From Gammaproteobacteria bacterium (lineage in GTDB: Bacteria; Pseudomonadota; Gammaproteobacteria; Pseudomonadales; DSM-25080), in assembly GCA_013372965.1 (NCBI GenBank), contig JABXIR010000078.1:1-36783 (forward strand): a stretch of 36,783 bases of DNA, given 5' to 3'. The position numbers and the translations under genes are program-made. Below the pieces are notes generated by a model. The model was given only the letters and a program-made list of their open reading frames with translations, made no database searches and was not told the DNA's origin. Positions 19,259-28,403 of this stretch are shown piece by piece (positions within the stretch are counted from its first letter, which is position 1; the number at the start of each line of letters is the position of its first letter).

Positions 19259-21163
19259 ATGAAATTTTCCCTTGCGAGACAAATTAGTATCGCCGTTGTT
19301 TTGGTGCTACTTACGCCATTATCCGTGCTTTTGGTTCTGCAGCGAGTTGCGAACGAGGCTTCTAGCGGACAAATCCGAGGGCTAGAAGCGCAACTTCAGT
19401 TGGTCAGTGAGCAAGTCGCCCTCAGGCGAGATGATGCTTTAATTCTTCCAGATATTGCCGAAAGCGAGCCTACTTGGGCGAGATCCATTGCGCCAAGATT
19501 TAGCTTTGATATCGAGGAACAGCTCGGCTTGGTTAACATATTTCGCGAACGAGGCTCTGCACTATTAGAGATTGAGCTTCCCACTACATTCGACCTTAAC
19601 AGTAGTCCTCCATCTCAAGCACTTTACCATGACCACATAAAAATTTTAGGGGATAGTCAAACGATCCTCATTTACCGCTCCAGTGACATTGCACTTCAAG
19701 CGGTAAGACTGAACGGCAGTGCCCTTACGTTCGTATCAGGGTCGGTTCGAGATACCTCCGATGGCGCACTTATCAATATTCGATTACCGATATCACTCCT
19801 CAATGAGTCGACACGTATCGACTTCATCAATGTCGGCACGATACGTCCCTCCGCGACCGTCGTTCTGCCGAGCGGGAATTCATTTCGATCATCAGAGTCT
19901 CACCCCCCCATTCTGCAGACCGCATTTAAGAACGAAATTGACCAAGACGTCGGTTTTTTTTTAGTCGACCAGCATGGCAATGTGATGGCAACGAACTGGC
20001 TTCGAGCGCCGATAGCGGAATCTGTTCCCGAAGCTAAATCGGCACTCAGTCGACTGATCGAGGCATTGGTATTGCCTCGTTCACGGCTCACTCACGAGCG
20101 CCTATCCGATTTGATTTCGAGCACTCGCGCTACGACAGAATCTGATCCATCTTGGCAAATGATCGGCCTCAATCGGGCCCTCGTCATTTCGAAGCCCGTC
20201 ATAACAGAGCATGGCCTCATGACGCTAACCGCCATTGATTTGCGGGATCGTCCTAGTTTATTGGTGTCGACCAGCTTTAGCAGCTACTTTGGCACCACGG
20301 CACCGATTGCAATTCTCATGGCGATGGGGTTACTTTTTTGGGCGGTCACGATCAGTATCCGAATTCGTAAACTCGCGCGAGAGACAGCGTCACAAGCTAA
20401 AAAATACGGAATTTCTTTAACGCCAAGCACCTCTGGCGATGAAATCACGACGCTGAAGACCCAATTCGAGCAACTGAACTCGATGGTTGCCGCACAGCAC
20501 GATTATTTAGAGCAACTCGCGGTTCGACTCACCCACGAACTAAAAACTCCGATATCGGTTGTATCGAGCAGCATCGATCTGATGGAGTTATCTGCATCGG
20601 AGGAAGCGAGTGAGCGACACATCGAACGCGCTCGATCCGGCATACACCAACTTAGGGCAATCTTTACCGCTATGACCGAAGCCCGCTCGCTAGAGCAAAG
20701 TATTGCGGTGAATGAAAACGATCACTTCGAGCTAACCAGTACGACACAATCAATTATCGAAGGCTGGCAGTTAGCTCGACCACAACCTGAGATCACGTTC
20801 GAGTCATATTGCAGCGAAGCCGCCTGCGGAAATGCAGATCTGTACGCTCAAGCAATGATCAAAATTCTCGATAATGCCGGTGATTTCTGTGAGAAAAACA
20901 CACCCGTGATCGTAAAAATTGAATCGAGGAAGGGGCGCTTGCGAGTCATCATAGAAAATCGTGGGCCTGCACTCCCTGAACCACCGCAGCAGATTTTTGA
21001 GAGCCTTGTATCCTATCGAAGCGCGAACTTACTGGGAGCTCCGCACCTCGGATTTGGTCTTTACATCGCGAGAATGATCATTAAAAGCTTCGGAGGTGAC
21101 ATCGAAGCTTCGTCACAATCAGGTACGACACGCTTTATATTAAGTTTGCGCCCGTTTGCATAG
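19259..21163 (+). CDS. Membrane sensor histidine kinase, PdsS-like
   Basis: Two TMs, large periplasmic region, H-box YLEQLAVRLTHELKTP, N-box KILDNAGDF, ENRGP, G-box PHLGFGLYI. Confidence 0.85.
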   Translation: MKFSLARQISIAVVLVLLTPLSVLLVLQRVANEASSGQIRGLEAQLQLVSEQVALRRDDALILPDIAESEPTWARSIAPRFSFDIEEQLGLVNIFRERGSALLEIELPTTFDLNSSPPSQALYHDHIKILGDSQTILIYRSSDIALQAVRLNGSALTFVSGSVRDTSDGALINIRLPISLLNESTRIDFINVGTIRPSATVVLPSGNSFRSSESHPPILQTAFKNEIDQDVGFFLVDQHGNVMATNWLRAPIAESVPEAKSALSRLIEALVLPRSRLTHERLSDLISSTRATTESDPSWQMIGLNRALVISKPVITEHGLMTLTAIDLRDRPSLLVSTSFSSYFGTTAPIAILMAMGLLFWAVTISIRIRKLARETASQAKKYGISLTPSTSGDEITTLKTQFEQLNSMVAAQHDYLEQLAVRLTHELKTPISVVSSSIDLMELSASEEASERHIERARSGIHQLRAIFTAMTEARSLEQSIAVNENDHFELTSTTQSIIEGWQLARPQPEITFESYCSEAACGNADLYAQAMIKILDNAGDFCEKNTPVIVKIESRKGRLRVIIENRGPALPEPPQQIFESLVSYRSANLLGAPHLGFGLYIARMIIKSFGGDIEASSQSGTTRFILSLRPFA

Positions 21164-21785
21164 AATTAGCCGCACCGTGTATTGAAGCCACGTAACTATT
21201 CCATTGAGTCAGAGGTGCGCTCAACGCGTTAATGTGTTGTTTCCATTCTTGAGTATCGTTTGTTGTCACAATCGTCTTCGATAGCGCGGTGATCGAACTC
21301 TTTAGGCCGTCTTCAGGTAAACGCATCACCGCTTGTTCAAGCTTCCATCGTATCCCCTGAGAAATATGGCGATAAAAGTGGATTTTGCACCGATCAGTCA
21401 GACTACAATCGTCAGGCGACAAGATATTCTTTGGAAACATCAAAAGCGAAGCGCCTGTTTCTTGAGCTGTGACGTCAGCGGTTCGGCTATTTAAATTAAA
21501 GAGTGAGAGATCACCTAGCCACTCTCCGGGGCCCAATTGACCAAGTAACTCTCCGTGGGCACCAAAAATCTGCATCCTTCCGCTGATCACCAAAAACACA
21601 GAACCCGACGAATCACCGACTTTCATCACTTGTTCCTTTGGCTCATATCGCCAGAGATGACAGAAATTGAAAACAGTTTTTACTTCATCTTCGAAGAGAT
21701 CGCCAAGCGTCCGCAGAAAAGAAATCGCCTCGAGCCTACGTCGATACTCATCCGTATGTAAATCGCGCCCTGATATTACTCGCAT
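21135..21785 (-). CDS. Stand-alone cyclic nucleotide-binding domain protein
   Basis: V...GD....VF.VISG...I, LGPGEWLGDLSL...RTADV; helical C-terminus with no CRP-type HTH. Confidence 0.8.
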   Translation of the reverse strand: MRVISGRDLHTDEYRRRLEAISFLRTLGDLFEDEVKTVFNFCHLWRYEPKEQVMKVGDSSGSVFLVISGRMQIFGAHGELLGQLGPGEWLGDLSLFNLNSRTADVTAQETGASLLMFPKNILSPDDCSLTDRCKIHFYRHISQGIRWKLEQAVMRLPEDGLKSSITALSKTIVTTNDTQEWKQHINALSAPLTQWNSYVASIHGAANSMQTGANLI

Positions 21786-21964
21786 TTTATGAACACCTAA
21801 AAAATCATCCGATCAGGATTATAGCGGGCTCTGAAACTTATCGTGCGCGCGCCTAATTAATTCGTGCATAAGCGCACATAATTTGGACGAAATTTGCGAG
21901 GTAGATCCACTTAAACGAGGTATGTACTAAAAGTAATCAGCAAGGTATGATTAAAAAAATCACT

Positions 21965-21991
21965 TAAAACAACTAAAACAACTAAAACAAA
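21965..21991 (+). repeat. 9-nt tandem repeat (TAAAACAAC x2, TAAAACAAA) in the 5' leader of the TonB fusion gene
   Basis: Read directly; ends 24 nt upstream of ATG 22016. Confidence 0.8.
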
Positions 21992-22015
21992 ACGCTTGTA
22001 AAGAGAGAGCTCACT

Positions 22016-23128
22016 ATGTTGAAGTACTTAAGAGCCCTAGCGATTGCGTCAGGGATGTTAACGGCGTGTGTCTCTGCGGATTTCGTAGAGGAAAACAACC
22101 TCGTTCTTAATGGTATTGCTACCCATCAAGAACTTCGTCGCCCCGTATTTATTGCTAAGCTTAATACCAGTCACCCCGTCTCAACACCAAGTTCGGTGAT
22201 GGGATTAGAAACCCCCGCTCAAATGGAGCTTGTGCTACTCAAGAGAAGTTGGTCGGGCCGTCAATTCCGTCAGTATTGGCTATCCGGCATCGCAATCAAC
22301 GCGGGCATGAGCAACATGAATAGCCATCAAGACGCACTACTTGAGCTTGCTACGGTGTTAAAAAGCCGGATGCGCGAGAACGATCGCTTTACCATCGACT
22401 ACTTGCCCAATGAATACACACGCGTCAGTTTAAACGGCGTCGAACTACAAACGTTCGATGCAGACCTCTGGCCGTTACTCATCTCCAACTGGGTCGGTCC
22501 GCGCGTAGACCAAGACTTTCGTGAAGCGATTCTCACCCTACCGAGTAATGCCTCAGATCTCATTGCTCAGTCGTCTCTTGAGCCGACTGCAGATCGTATC
22601 GCTGACATCGAAAGCTGGTTAGTTGCGGCTGAAGCGGTCGCTGAGGAAGTCGCAGAGCCTGTTGCTGAAGTCGTTGTCGCTGCAACACCTGTGGTACAAA
22701 CGCCACCGCCCGTCGAAACGAGACGTCAACCAGAGCCTGAGCCCGAGCCCGAGCCGGCGCTAGCAAGTCTCAACTTCGACGAAGAAGAGGAAGAGGACGA
22801 AAGTGCTGAAGTCGCAGCGATTGAAGCTCAAAAAGAATTCTTACGCGCGATCTACTCGAGTCAAATGCTCCAATGGACGAACCGAAGCGTTCGCTATCCA
22901 TCTCGCGCAGAGCGCCGCGGTGATCAGGGACGAGTTGTTCTGGAAGTCGAAGTAGACCGTGCAGGCAACGTCCTCTCAGCGGAAGTCATTGACTCATCTG
23001 GCCATTCATCGCTTGATCGAGAGGCGGTTAGAGCTGCTGAACGGGCGTCACCTTACCCACGAGTCCCAGATGACTTAGAGGGTGCGACCTTTAGAACTCA
23101 AGTTCCGATTACCTTCCAACTACGTTAA
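22016..23128 (+). CDS. Secreted TonB C-terminal domain protein with a putative chalcone-isomerase-like N-terminal domain
   Basis: Signal peptide (possible lipobox LTAC), LNG.A...WVGP domain, PEPEPEPEP and acidic linker, TonB_C motifs YPSRAERRG.QG.V, SSGH..LDREA, VPITF.L. Confidence 0.8.
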   Translation: MLKYLRALAIASGMLTACVSADFVEENNLVLNGIATHQELRRPVFIAKLNTSHPVSTPSSVMGLETPAQMELVLLKRSWSGRQFRQYWLSGIAINAGMSNMNSHQDALLELATVLKSRMRENDRFTIDYLPNEYTRVSLNGVELQTFDADLWPLLISNWVGPRVDQDFREAILTLPSNASDLIAQSSLEPTADRIADIESWLVAAEAVAEEVAEPVAEVVVAATPVVQTPPPVETRRQPEPEPEPEPALASLNFDEEEEEDESAEVAAIEAQKEFLRAIYSSQMLQWTNRSVRYPSRAERRGDQGRVVLEVEVDRAGNVLSAEVIDSSGHSSLDREAVRAAERASPYPRVPDDLEGATFRTQVPITFQLR

Positions 23129-23136
23129 TTTCTCTA

Positions 23137-23168
23137 TAGGGTTACATCGTTTAAACGATGTAACCCTA
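23137..23168. other. Perfect 32-bp palindrome (intercistronic hairpin or operator)
   Basis: TAGGGTTACATCGTTTAAACGATGTAACCCTA is its own reverse complement; no U-tract follows. Confidence 0.85.
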
Positions 23169-23188
23169 CTCTCGAAAGGAGCCAACTG

Positions 23189-23749
23189 ATGGCACTGCAA
23201 CTCGTTGTAATTTGCTGTCGATCCGCGCTTCTTGCTCAAGGCGTTTCTACATCTGTTAACGCTGTATTTCGAGATGTTCAAATCGAGATAGTCGCAACGA
23301 GCAATCTCAAACTTAAACACTTCCTCGACGCGGCGCTTGTCATCGCAGACAACGTCGCGATTCGAAGAGAACTTGTTGAACAGCTCAGTCGTGTACATCA
23401 ACGACAACGCAAGCCACTCATCGTGCTATCACAGCGAAAAATACAAAAAATTTCTTGGAGCACGGATGTGTCTCCACTCGTGAAGCCGATGGTGTTCGAG
23501 ACATTATTAAGAAATATTATGTCAGGACAAGCAACGCGGGAACCACCAGCCGAGCTTACTGAGACACAAGAACGCGTCGTTCAATTGCTGGCTTTAGGAA
23601 TGATTAACAAAGAGATCGCTTACGAGATGAGTATTAGCGAGGCCACAGTTCGAACCCACCTAACCGCGATATATCGAAAACTCAGAGTCCATAACCGAAC
23701 CGAAGCATCAATCGTTGCGAGAGAGTACTTTAGTACTCACCCGCACTAA
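23189..23749 (+). CDS. LuxR-type HTH regulator with a degenerate receiver-like N-terminus
   Basis: LTETQERVVQLLALGMINKEIAYEMSISEATVRTHL..IYRKL.V.NRTEA; AAGGAG RBS. Confidence 0.88.
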   Translation: MALQLVVICCRSALLAQGVSTSVNAVFRDVQIEIVATSNLKLKHFLDAALVIADNVAIRRELVEQLSRVHQRQRKPLIVLSQRKIQKISWSTDVSPLVKPMVFETLLRNIMSGQATREPPAELTETQERVVQLLALGMINKEIAYEMSISEATVRTHLTAIYRKLRVHNRTEASIVAREYFSTHPH

Positions 23750-23755
23750 TCCAAG

Positions 23756-25189
23756 TTAGCGACGACGCCCCATATTGCGCCGTGGTCGCGCAGCGCTCTT
23801 ACTTTCGACTTTAACATAAGGAGCCTTCTCCAGAAGTAATTCAGGAGGTTGCTCGCACTTGAGCTTTGTGCCCAGCAGCTGTTCGATATTCGGTAGCAGA
23901 AACGCATCGTCCTCACAGGCGAAACTAACAGAGACGCCCGTCGTGCCAGCGCGCCCCGTACGTCCGATACGGTGAACGTAATCTTCGGCTTCTTCGGGTA
24001 GTGTGTAGTTCACGACATGTGTAATTCCATCAACGTGAATACCACGACCGGCCACATCAGTCGCTACCAATATTTTCAGATGACCAGCCTTCAACTTTTC
24101 AAGCGTTTTAACACGCTTCGCTTGTGCAACATCGCCCGATAATACGCCCACATCAAATCCATGCGCTTTTAACCGATCGTAAAGTCGGTGGGTCGTATCT
24201 TTGCGGTTAGCAAAAATGATCACCGTATTGACCTCAGGCTGTTTAACGAGATTATATAGCACATCAAATTTCTCTTCGGTACTACACATGTACACATGCT
24301 GTTCAACCGAATCTGTCGCGACGCTCTCAGGCTCGATTTCAACTCGATGTGGGTTCGTCGTCCATTGCTCTGCGAGGTTCAAAACATCAAAAGTGAAGGT
24401 AGCGGAAAAAAGCAGCGTTTGACGGCTGTCTTTTTTCGGCGTCGCATGAATGATTCTGCGCACCTGCGGAATAAAACCCATATCGAGCATACGATCGGCT
24501 TCATCAATGACAAGCGTTTCGCACTCATCGAGATATATATGGCGATTTGACACGAAGTCGAGCAGACGCCCTGGCGTGGCGACTAAGATATCAACGTACT
24601 CGTTCTCGAGTTTCTTAAGCTGCTTATCGTAGTCCAAGCCGCCCACCAACGTATGTACGCCTAAACCGGTGTACTTGGTTAAAGCACGCGCATCGTCTGC
24701 AATTTGCATAACTAATTCACGCGTTGGTGCAATGATAAGTGCTCGCGCTTCACCCGCGTAACGCTCCTCCTTGATTGGATTGCGCAATAAATCAGTAATC
24801 ACCGTGATCAAAAATGCCGCTGTTTTACCCGTACCTGTTTGGGCTTTACCGACAACGTCGTGCCCCTGAAGCGAGAATGGCAATGATTGAGCTTGAATTG
24901 GCGAACAGTACTCAAACCCCAGATCAGCAATACCATGGAGCAGCTCATCCGATAAACCTAAATCATGGAAGCGCGTTTTCCCCTCAACAACAGGGACAAC
25001 AAAGTCACTCGGTGACCATGCTTTCACGCTCGGCTTCGAGCGCGGTTTTTTTTGTGCGCCAGAGCGACTCGACGATCGCGCTGATCGGTTTTCACCTGTC
25101 GACGTGCTTTTCAGAGCCGCCTTCGATGCTTCGTTTTTAGGTGAGCTCTTTTCGTTATTACTTTTTGAGCCAAATAATTTCTTTAACAA
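23756..25189 (-). CDS. rhlB: ATP-dependent DEAD-box RNA helicase RhlB (pseudomonad type)
   Basis: [30 protein letters not shown]; N-terminal [13 protein letters not shown]. Likely TTG start at 25189 with an AAGGA RBS. Confidence 0.88.
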   Translation of the reverse strand: MLKKLFGSKSNNEKSSPKNEASKAALKSTSTGENRSARSSSRSGAQKKPRSKPSVKAWSPSDFVVPVVEGKTRFHDLGLSDELLHGIADLGFEYCSPIQAQSLPFSLQGHDVVGKAQTGTGKTAAFLITVITDLLRNPIKEERYAGEARALIIAPTRELVMQIADDARALTKYTGLGVHTLVGGLDYDKQLKKLENEYVDILVATPGRLLDFVSNRHIYLDECETLVIDEADRMLDMGFIPQVRRIIHATPKKDSRQTLLFSATFTFDVLNLAEQWTTNPHRVEIEPESVATDSVEQHVYMCSTEEKFDVLYNLVKQPEVNTVIIFANRKDTTHRLYDRLKAHGFDVGVLSGDVAQAKRVKTLEKLKAGHLKILVATDVAGRGIHVDGITHVVNYTLPEEAEDYVHRIGRTGRAGTTGVSVSFACEDDAFLLPNIEQLLGTKLKCEQPPELLLEKAPYVKVESKSAARPRRNMGRRR

Positions 25190-25215
25190 GTTAAATTCCT
25201 TTAAGAGTCGATTCG

Positions 25216-25809
25216 TTAGTTTGGCGATCGACAAAGCCAATAATCCAGGCTGACAAAACGTCCCGCTCCCGTTTTAATTAACGCGAGACACATGACGGCA
25301 TAAGATACAGCGGTCTCAATGCCGTTGTTTAGAATGACCAACGATCCGCTGGACGTTAGCCAACGATAGTTTCCATGTTCACGCAATATCGATTTAGCAC
25401 GCGAGAGTTTTTCTGCGGACTCAACAACTCGATCTGTAACGCCGAACCAACTAGGGTCGGCAATCATTTGCCAGCCGTTTGCCCAATGTGCAGTATAACC
25501 TGCTACGACCATTGTGACGAATAATAACAAGGCGACCACTCGCACGCCCAACCCCAACAGTAGAGCAAGGCCACCAAAAAACTCAATAAACGCGACTAGC
25601 CACGCGAGAAACTCGGGAAATGGCAGACCCAAACCCCAATCAGCATTCCCAAACCACGTTGCTGTTGCGTCAATAGCACTGAGCTTTTTCCACCCTGCCA
25701 TGATGAACACCGGTGCCAAAAAGCACCTGAGCGCCAACGACGGGAGGTAGTCCAATCGAGACAAGTGCTGCTCGAGTATTTGATAGTACGATTTAATCGC
25801 GTGGAGCAT
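25216..25809 (-). CDS. DoxX family membrane protein
   Basis: [34 protein letters not shown]. Confidence 0.87.
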   Translation of the reverse strand: MLHAIKSYYQILEQHLSRLDYLPSLALRCFLAPVFIMAGWKKLSAIDATATWFGNADWGLGLPFPEFLAWLVAFIEFFGGLALLLGLGVRVVALLLFVTMVVAGYTAHWANGWQMIADPSWFGVTDRVVESAEKLSRAKSILREHGNYRWLTSSGSLVILNNGIETAVSYAVMCLALIKTGAGRFVSLDYWLCRSPN

Positions 25810-26476
25810 GTGTGTCCACCTCGTTCATGTGGTCGATAACTCGACATTTGTATACGTCAATCAACGACATCACAACGGTGGTCGCCAACATCCAAAGTGG
25901 CACAACCCAAGAAGGCCAATTAATCAACGATAATAGATTCAATGGGATCACAATAGCGACAATCAACAGCACCAAGCTAGGAAAATATTGATTGAACCCC
26001 TCTTTGGTATAACGCCAACTCAGACGCAGCGCATCAAAAACTCCGACGCGATCTCGACAAAGCACTGGAATGGCTAATGAACACAAATACCAAACAATCA
26101 ACCCTGGAATAATGAACAGCTGAACGCCCACGACAACACCCAACAAAATTGACAGTTGCAGCAAAATCAGGACGGGGGCGATTGAAAACACATCTTTGTA
26201 CACTGTTGATACGAGCCCAGTGCTTTGCAGCCGAGCGCGATACACGAAGCGACAAGTCAAGCCCGACACTAAGGGTTCAAGAACCACGAACGTCGAGAGC
26301 AACAGTGCCAGGGTTGTGGGCTGCAAGCTCGTTAAATCGACTGACTCTTCAATCTCGCCAAGACCAGCCATCGTAATTGTGGCGAACTCCAGCCCAACGA
26401 CCGGAATAAACATCAGCGCGAGCACCCGATAGTGACTAATGAAGAAAGTGAGTGCATCTTTAAGTAATGTATTCAC
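25793..26476 (-). CDS. Hypothetical multi-TM membrane protein (YciC-like)
   Basis: About 5-6 hydrophobic segments, FIIPGL and AL..SW.YT motifs; overlaps prmC and doxX. Confidence 0.7.
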   Translation of the reverse strand: MNTLLKDALTFFISHYRVLALMFIPVVGLEFATITMAGLGEIEESVDLTSLQPTTLALLLSTFVVLEPLVSGLTCRFVYRARLQSTGLVSTVYKDVFSIAPVLILLQLSILLGVVVGVQLFIIPGLIVWYLCSLAIPVLCRDRVGVFDALRLSWRYTKEGFNQYFPSLVLLIVAIVIPLNLLSLINWPSWVVPLWMLATTVVMSLIDVYKCRVIDHMNEVDTHAPRD

Positions 26477-27315
26477 GATTTTGCCTCAGTAAAGGTTCCC
26501 AACGTTACACGGTCACACCCACCGTAATCTTTGATTGTCTCGACTGACTGAAAGCGATGGTCGAGAAAAATCTGACGCACTCTCTCACCCTGATCGTAGC
26601 CGTGCTCCAACATTAACATGCCGCCACGCTTCAAAAACCTGGGGGCTTGAGAAACGATGGTCATAATATCTTCGAGTCCATCTTGAGCACTCACCAATGC
26701 CGAGCTCGGTTCGAATACGACATCGCCCTGCTGTAGGTGTGGGTCGTTGGCACTGATATACGGTGGATTCGAAACAATTAACTCGAACGTTGACTCGATA
26801 TTCTCAAACCAATGCCCTGTTTTAAACTCGGCATTCGAAATGTTATTGAGTACTGCATTGCGCTTCGCCAATTGGACCGCATCGACCACGCGATCTACCC
26901 CAAGAACTTGCCATTTAGGTCGCTCGACTGCAACACTCAGTGCAATCGCCCCTGTTCCTGTCCCGAGATCTAAGACCTTGATTGGTTGTTCAGGAGAGTA
27001 TTTGGTGGCGAGTGCTTGCTCAACCAACAGCTCGGTATCTGGACGCGGGATCAAAGTTGTTGGATCGACCTCGAGTTCTAAACTCCAAAATCCTTGGTCA
27101 CCACGAATATACGCCACGGGTTCGCCTTTAATACGACGCACTAACATCGCTGCAAAGCGATCGACCTGAGCGGGTGTTAGCTCGAAGTCAGACCATGAGG
27201 TAATCGAGGATGGCGATCGATCAAGCACTTTACAGAGCAACCACTTAGCGTCAACGTCGGCCGTGTCCGAATGTCGTATTAACGATGAGAGCGCTAGTGC
27301 GGTTTGAACGTTCAT
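26473..27315 (-). CDS. prmC: Release factor glutamine methyltransferase
   Basis: RR..GEPVAYI, LIPRPDTE, LDLGTGTGAIAL, SNPPY. Confidence 0.96.
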   Translation of the reverse strand: MNVQTALALSSLIRHSDTADVDAKWLLCKVLDRSPSSITSWSDFELTPAQVDRFAAMLVRRIKGEPVAYIRGDQGFWSLELEVDPTTLIPRPDTELLVEQALATKYSPEQPIKVLDLGTGTGAIALSVAVERPKWQVLGVDRVVDAVQLAKRNAVLNNISNAEFKTGHWFENIESTFELIVSNPPYISANDPHLQQGDVVFEPSSALVSAQDGLEDIMTIVSQAPRFLKRGGMLMLEHGYDQGERVRQIFLDHRFQSVETIKDYGGCDRVTLGTFTEAKS

Positions 27316-28403
27316 TAATCACTCGCCGCAAGACTGGCTAACAAATCTGCTTGATGCTCCTGAAGCAAAGGATCGACGATTGCGCCGAGCTGACCTGCCA
27401 TTACCTCGTCAAGTTTATACAAGGTTAGGTTTATTCGGTGATCGGTCACTCGACCTTGGGGATAATTGTAGGTTCGAATACGCTCGGAGCGATCCCCGCT
27501 ACCGACGAGATTTCGTCGCTCTTCTGCTTGCTCACTGGCACGCACTTGTTCTGCCGATGATTTGAGCTTAGAAGCCAACAGTGCCATCGCTTTCGCACGA
27601 TTCTTGTGCTGACTTCGTTCGTCCTGGCACTCAACCACCAACCCCGAGGGTAAGTGAGTAATTCGAATGGCAGAGTCAGTTTTGTTAACGTGCTGACCAC
27701 CTGCACCTGACGCGCGAAATGTATCGACACGCAAGTCGGCCTTATTGATCTCAACGGACTCCAACTCTTCTGCCTCAGCCATCACCGCAACGGTGCACGC
27801 AGAGGTATGAATACGCCCTTGGCTTTCTGTTTCAGGAACTCGCTGAACCCGATGCGCACCACTCTCAAACTTGAGCGCCGAATAAGCGCCCTTACCGACG
27901 ACACGAGTGATAATTTCCTTAAAACCGCCATGCTCGCCTTCACGCTCCGAGATCACTTCGACCTTCCAGCCTTTAGTCTCTGCAAAACGGCTGTACATAC
28001 GATAGAGGTCGCCAGCAAAGATCGCGGCCTCATCACCGCCGGTGCCGGCACGAACTTCGAGGAAAACGTTGCGGTCGTCGTTCGGGTCTTTGGGTAGCAT
28101 CAAGCGCTCAAGCTCGGCTTCGACCGCTGGAATTTGCGCATCAATGTCTTTGATTTCTTCTGCGGCCATTTCGGCTAAGTCCGGGTCAGAATCCATCGCC
28201 ATTTCCTTGGCCTCAGACAGATCATTGCACAGCTGAGTCCAACGCTGAAACGTCGCAACAACCGGTTCGATTTCAGCATACTCCTGTGACAACTCTCGAA
28301 ACCGATTTTGATCGGATATCACATCAGGATCAGACAACAAGGCACCGACTTCTTCGTGTCGATCGACCAATTGATGTAGTTTGTCTTCTATCGAAGATTT
28401 CAT
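27315..28403 (-). CDS. prfA: Peptide chain release factor 1
   Basis: [12 protein letters not shown] motif (RF1-type PxT), GAGGQHVN. Confidence 0.98.
   Translation of the reverse strand: MKSSIEDKLHQLVDRHEEVGALLSDPDVISDQNRFRELSQEYAEIEPVVATFQRWTQLCNDLSEAKEMAMDSDPDLAEMAAEEIKDIDAQIPAVEAELERLMLPKDPNDDRNVFLEVRAGTGGDEAAIFAGDLYRMYSRFAETKGWKVEVISEREGEHGGFKEIITRVVGKGAYSALKFESGAHRVQRVPETESQGRIHTSACTVAVMAEAEELESVEINKADLRVDTFRASGAGGQHVNKTDSAIRITHLPSGLVVECQDERSQHKNRAKAMALLASKLKSSAEQVRASEQAEERRNLVGSGDRSERIRTYNYPQGRVTDHRINLTLYKLDEVMAGQLGAIVDPLLQEHQADLLASLAASD

Noticed and set aside
21882-21897. Sigma54-like TTGGACGAAATTTGC
   Set aside because: GG-to-GC spacing is 9 nt instead of the required 10
21946-21964. 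CRP/FNR-like site TATGATTAAAAAAATCACT near the cNMP gene
   Set aside because: Half-site spacing fits neither TGTGA-N6-TCACA nor TTGAT-N4-ATCAA
22730-22756. GAGCC(C/T) hexamer repeat as a contingency locus
   Set aside because: It encodes the ordinary PEPEPEPEP TonB linker with synonymous variation
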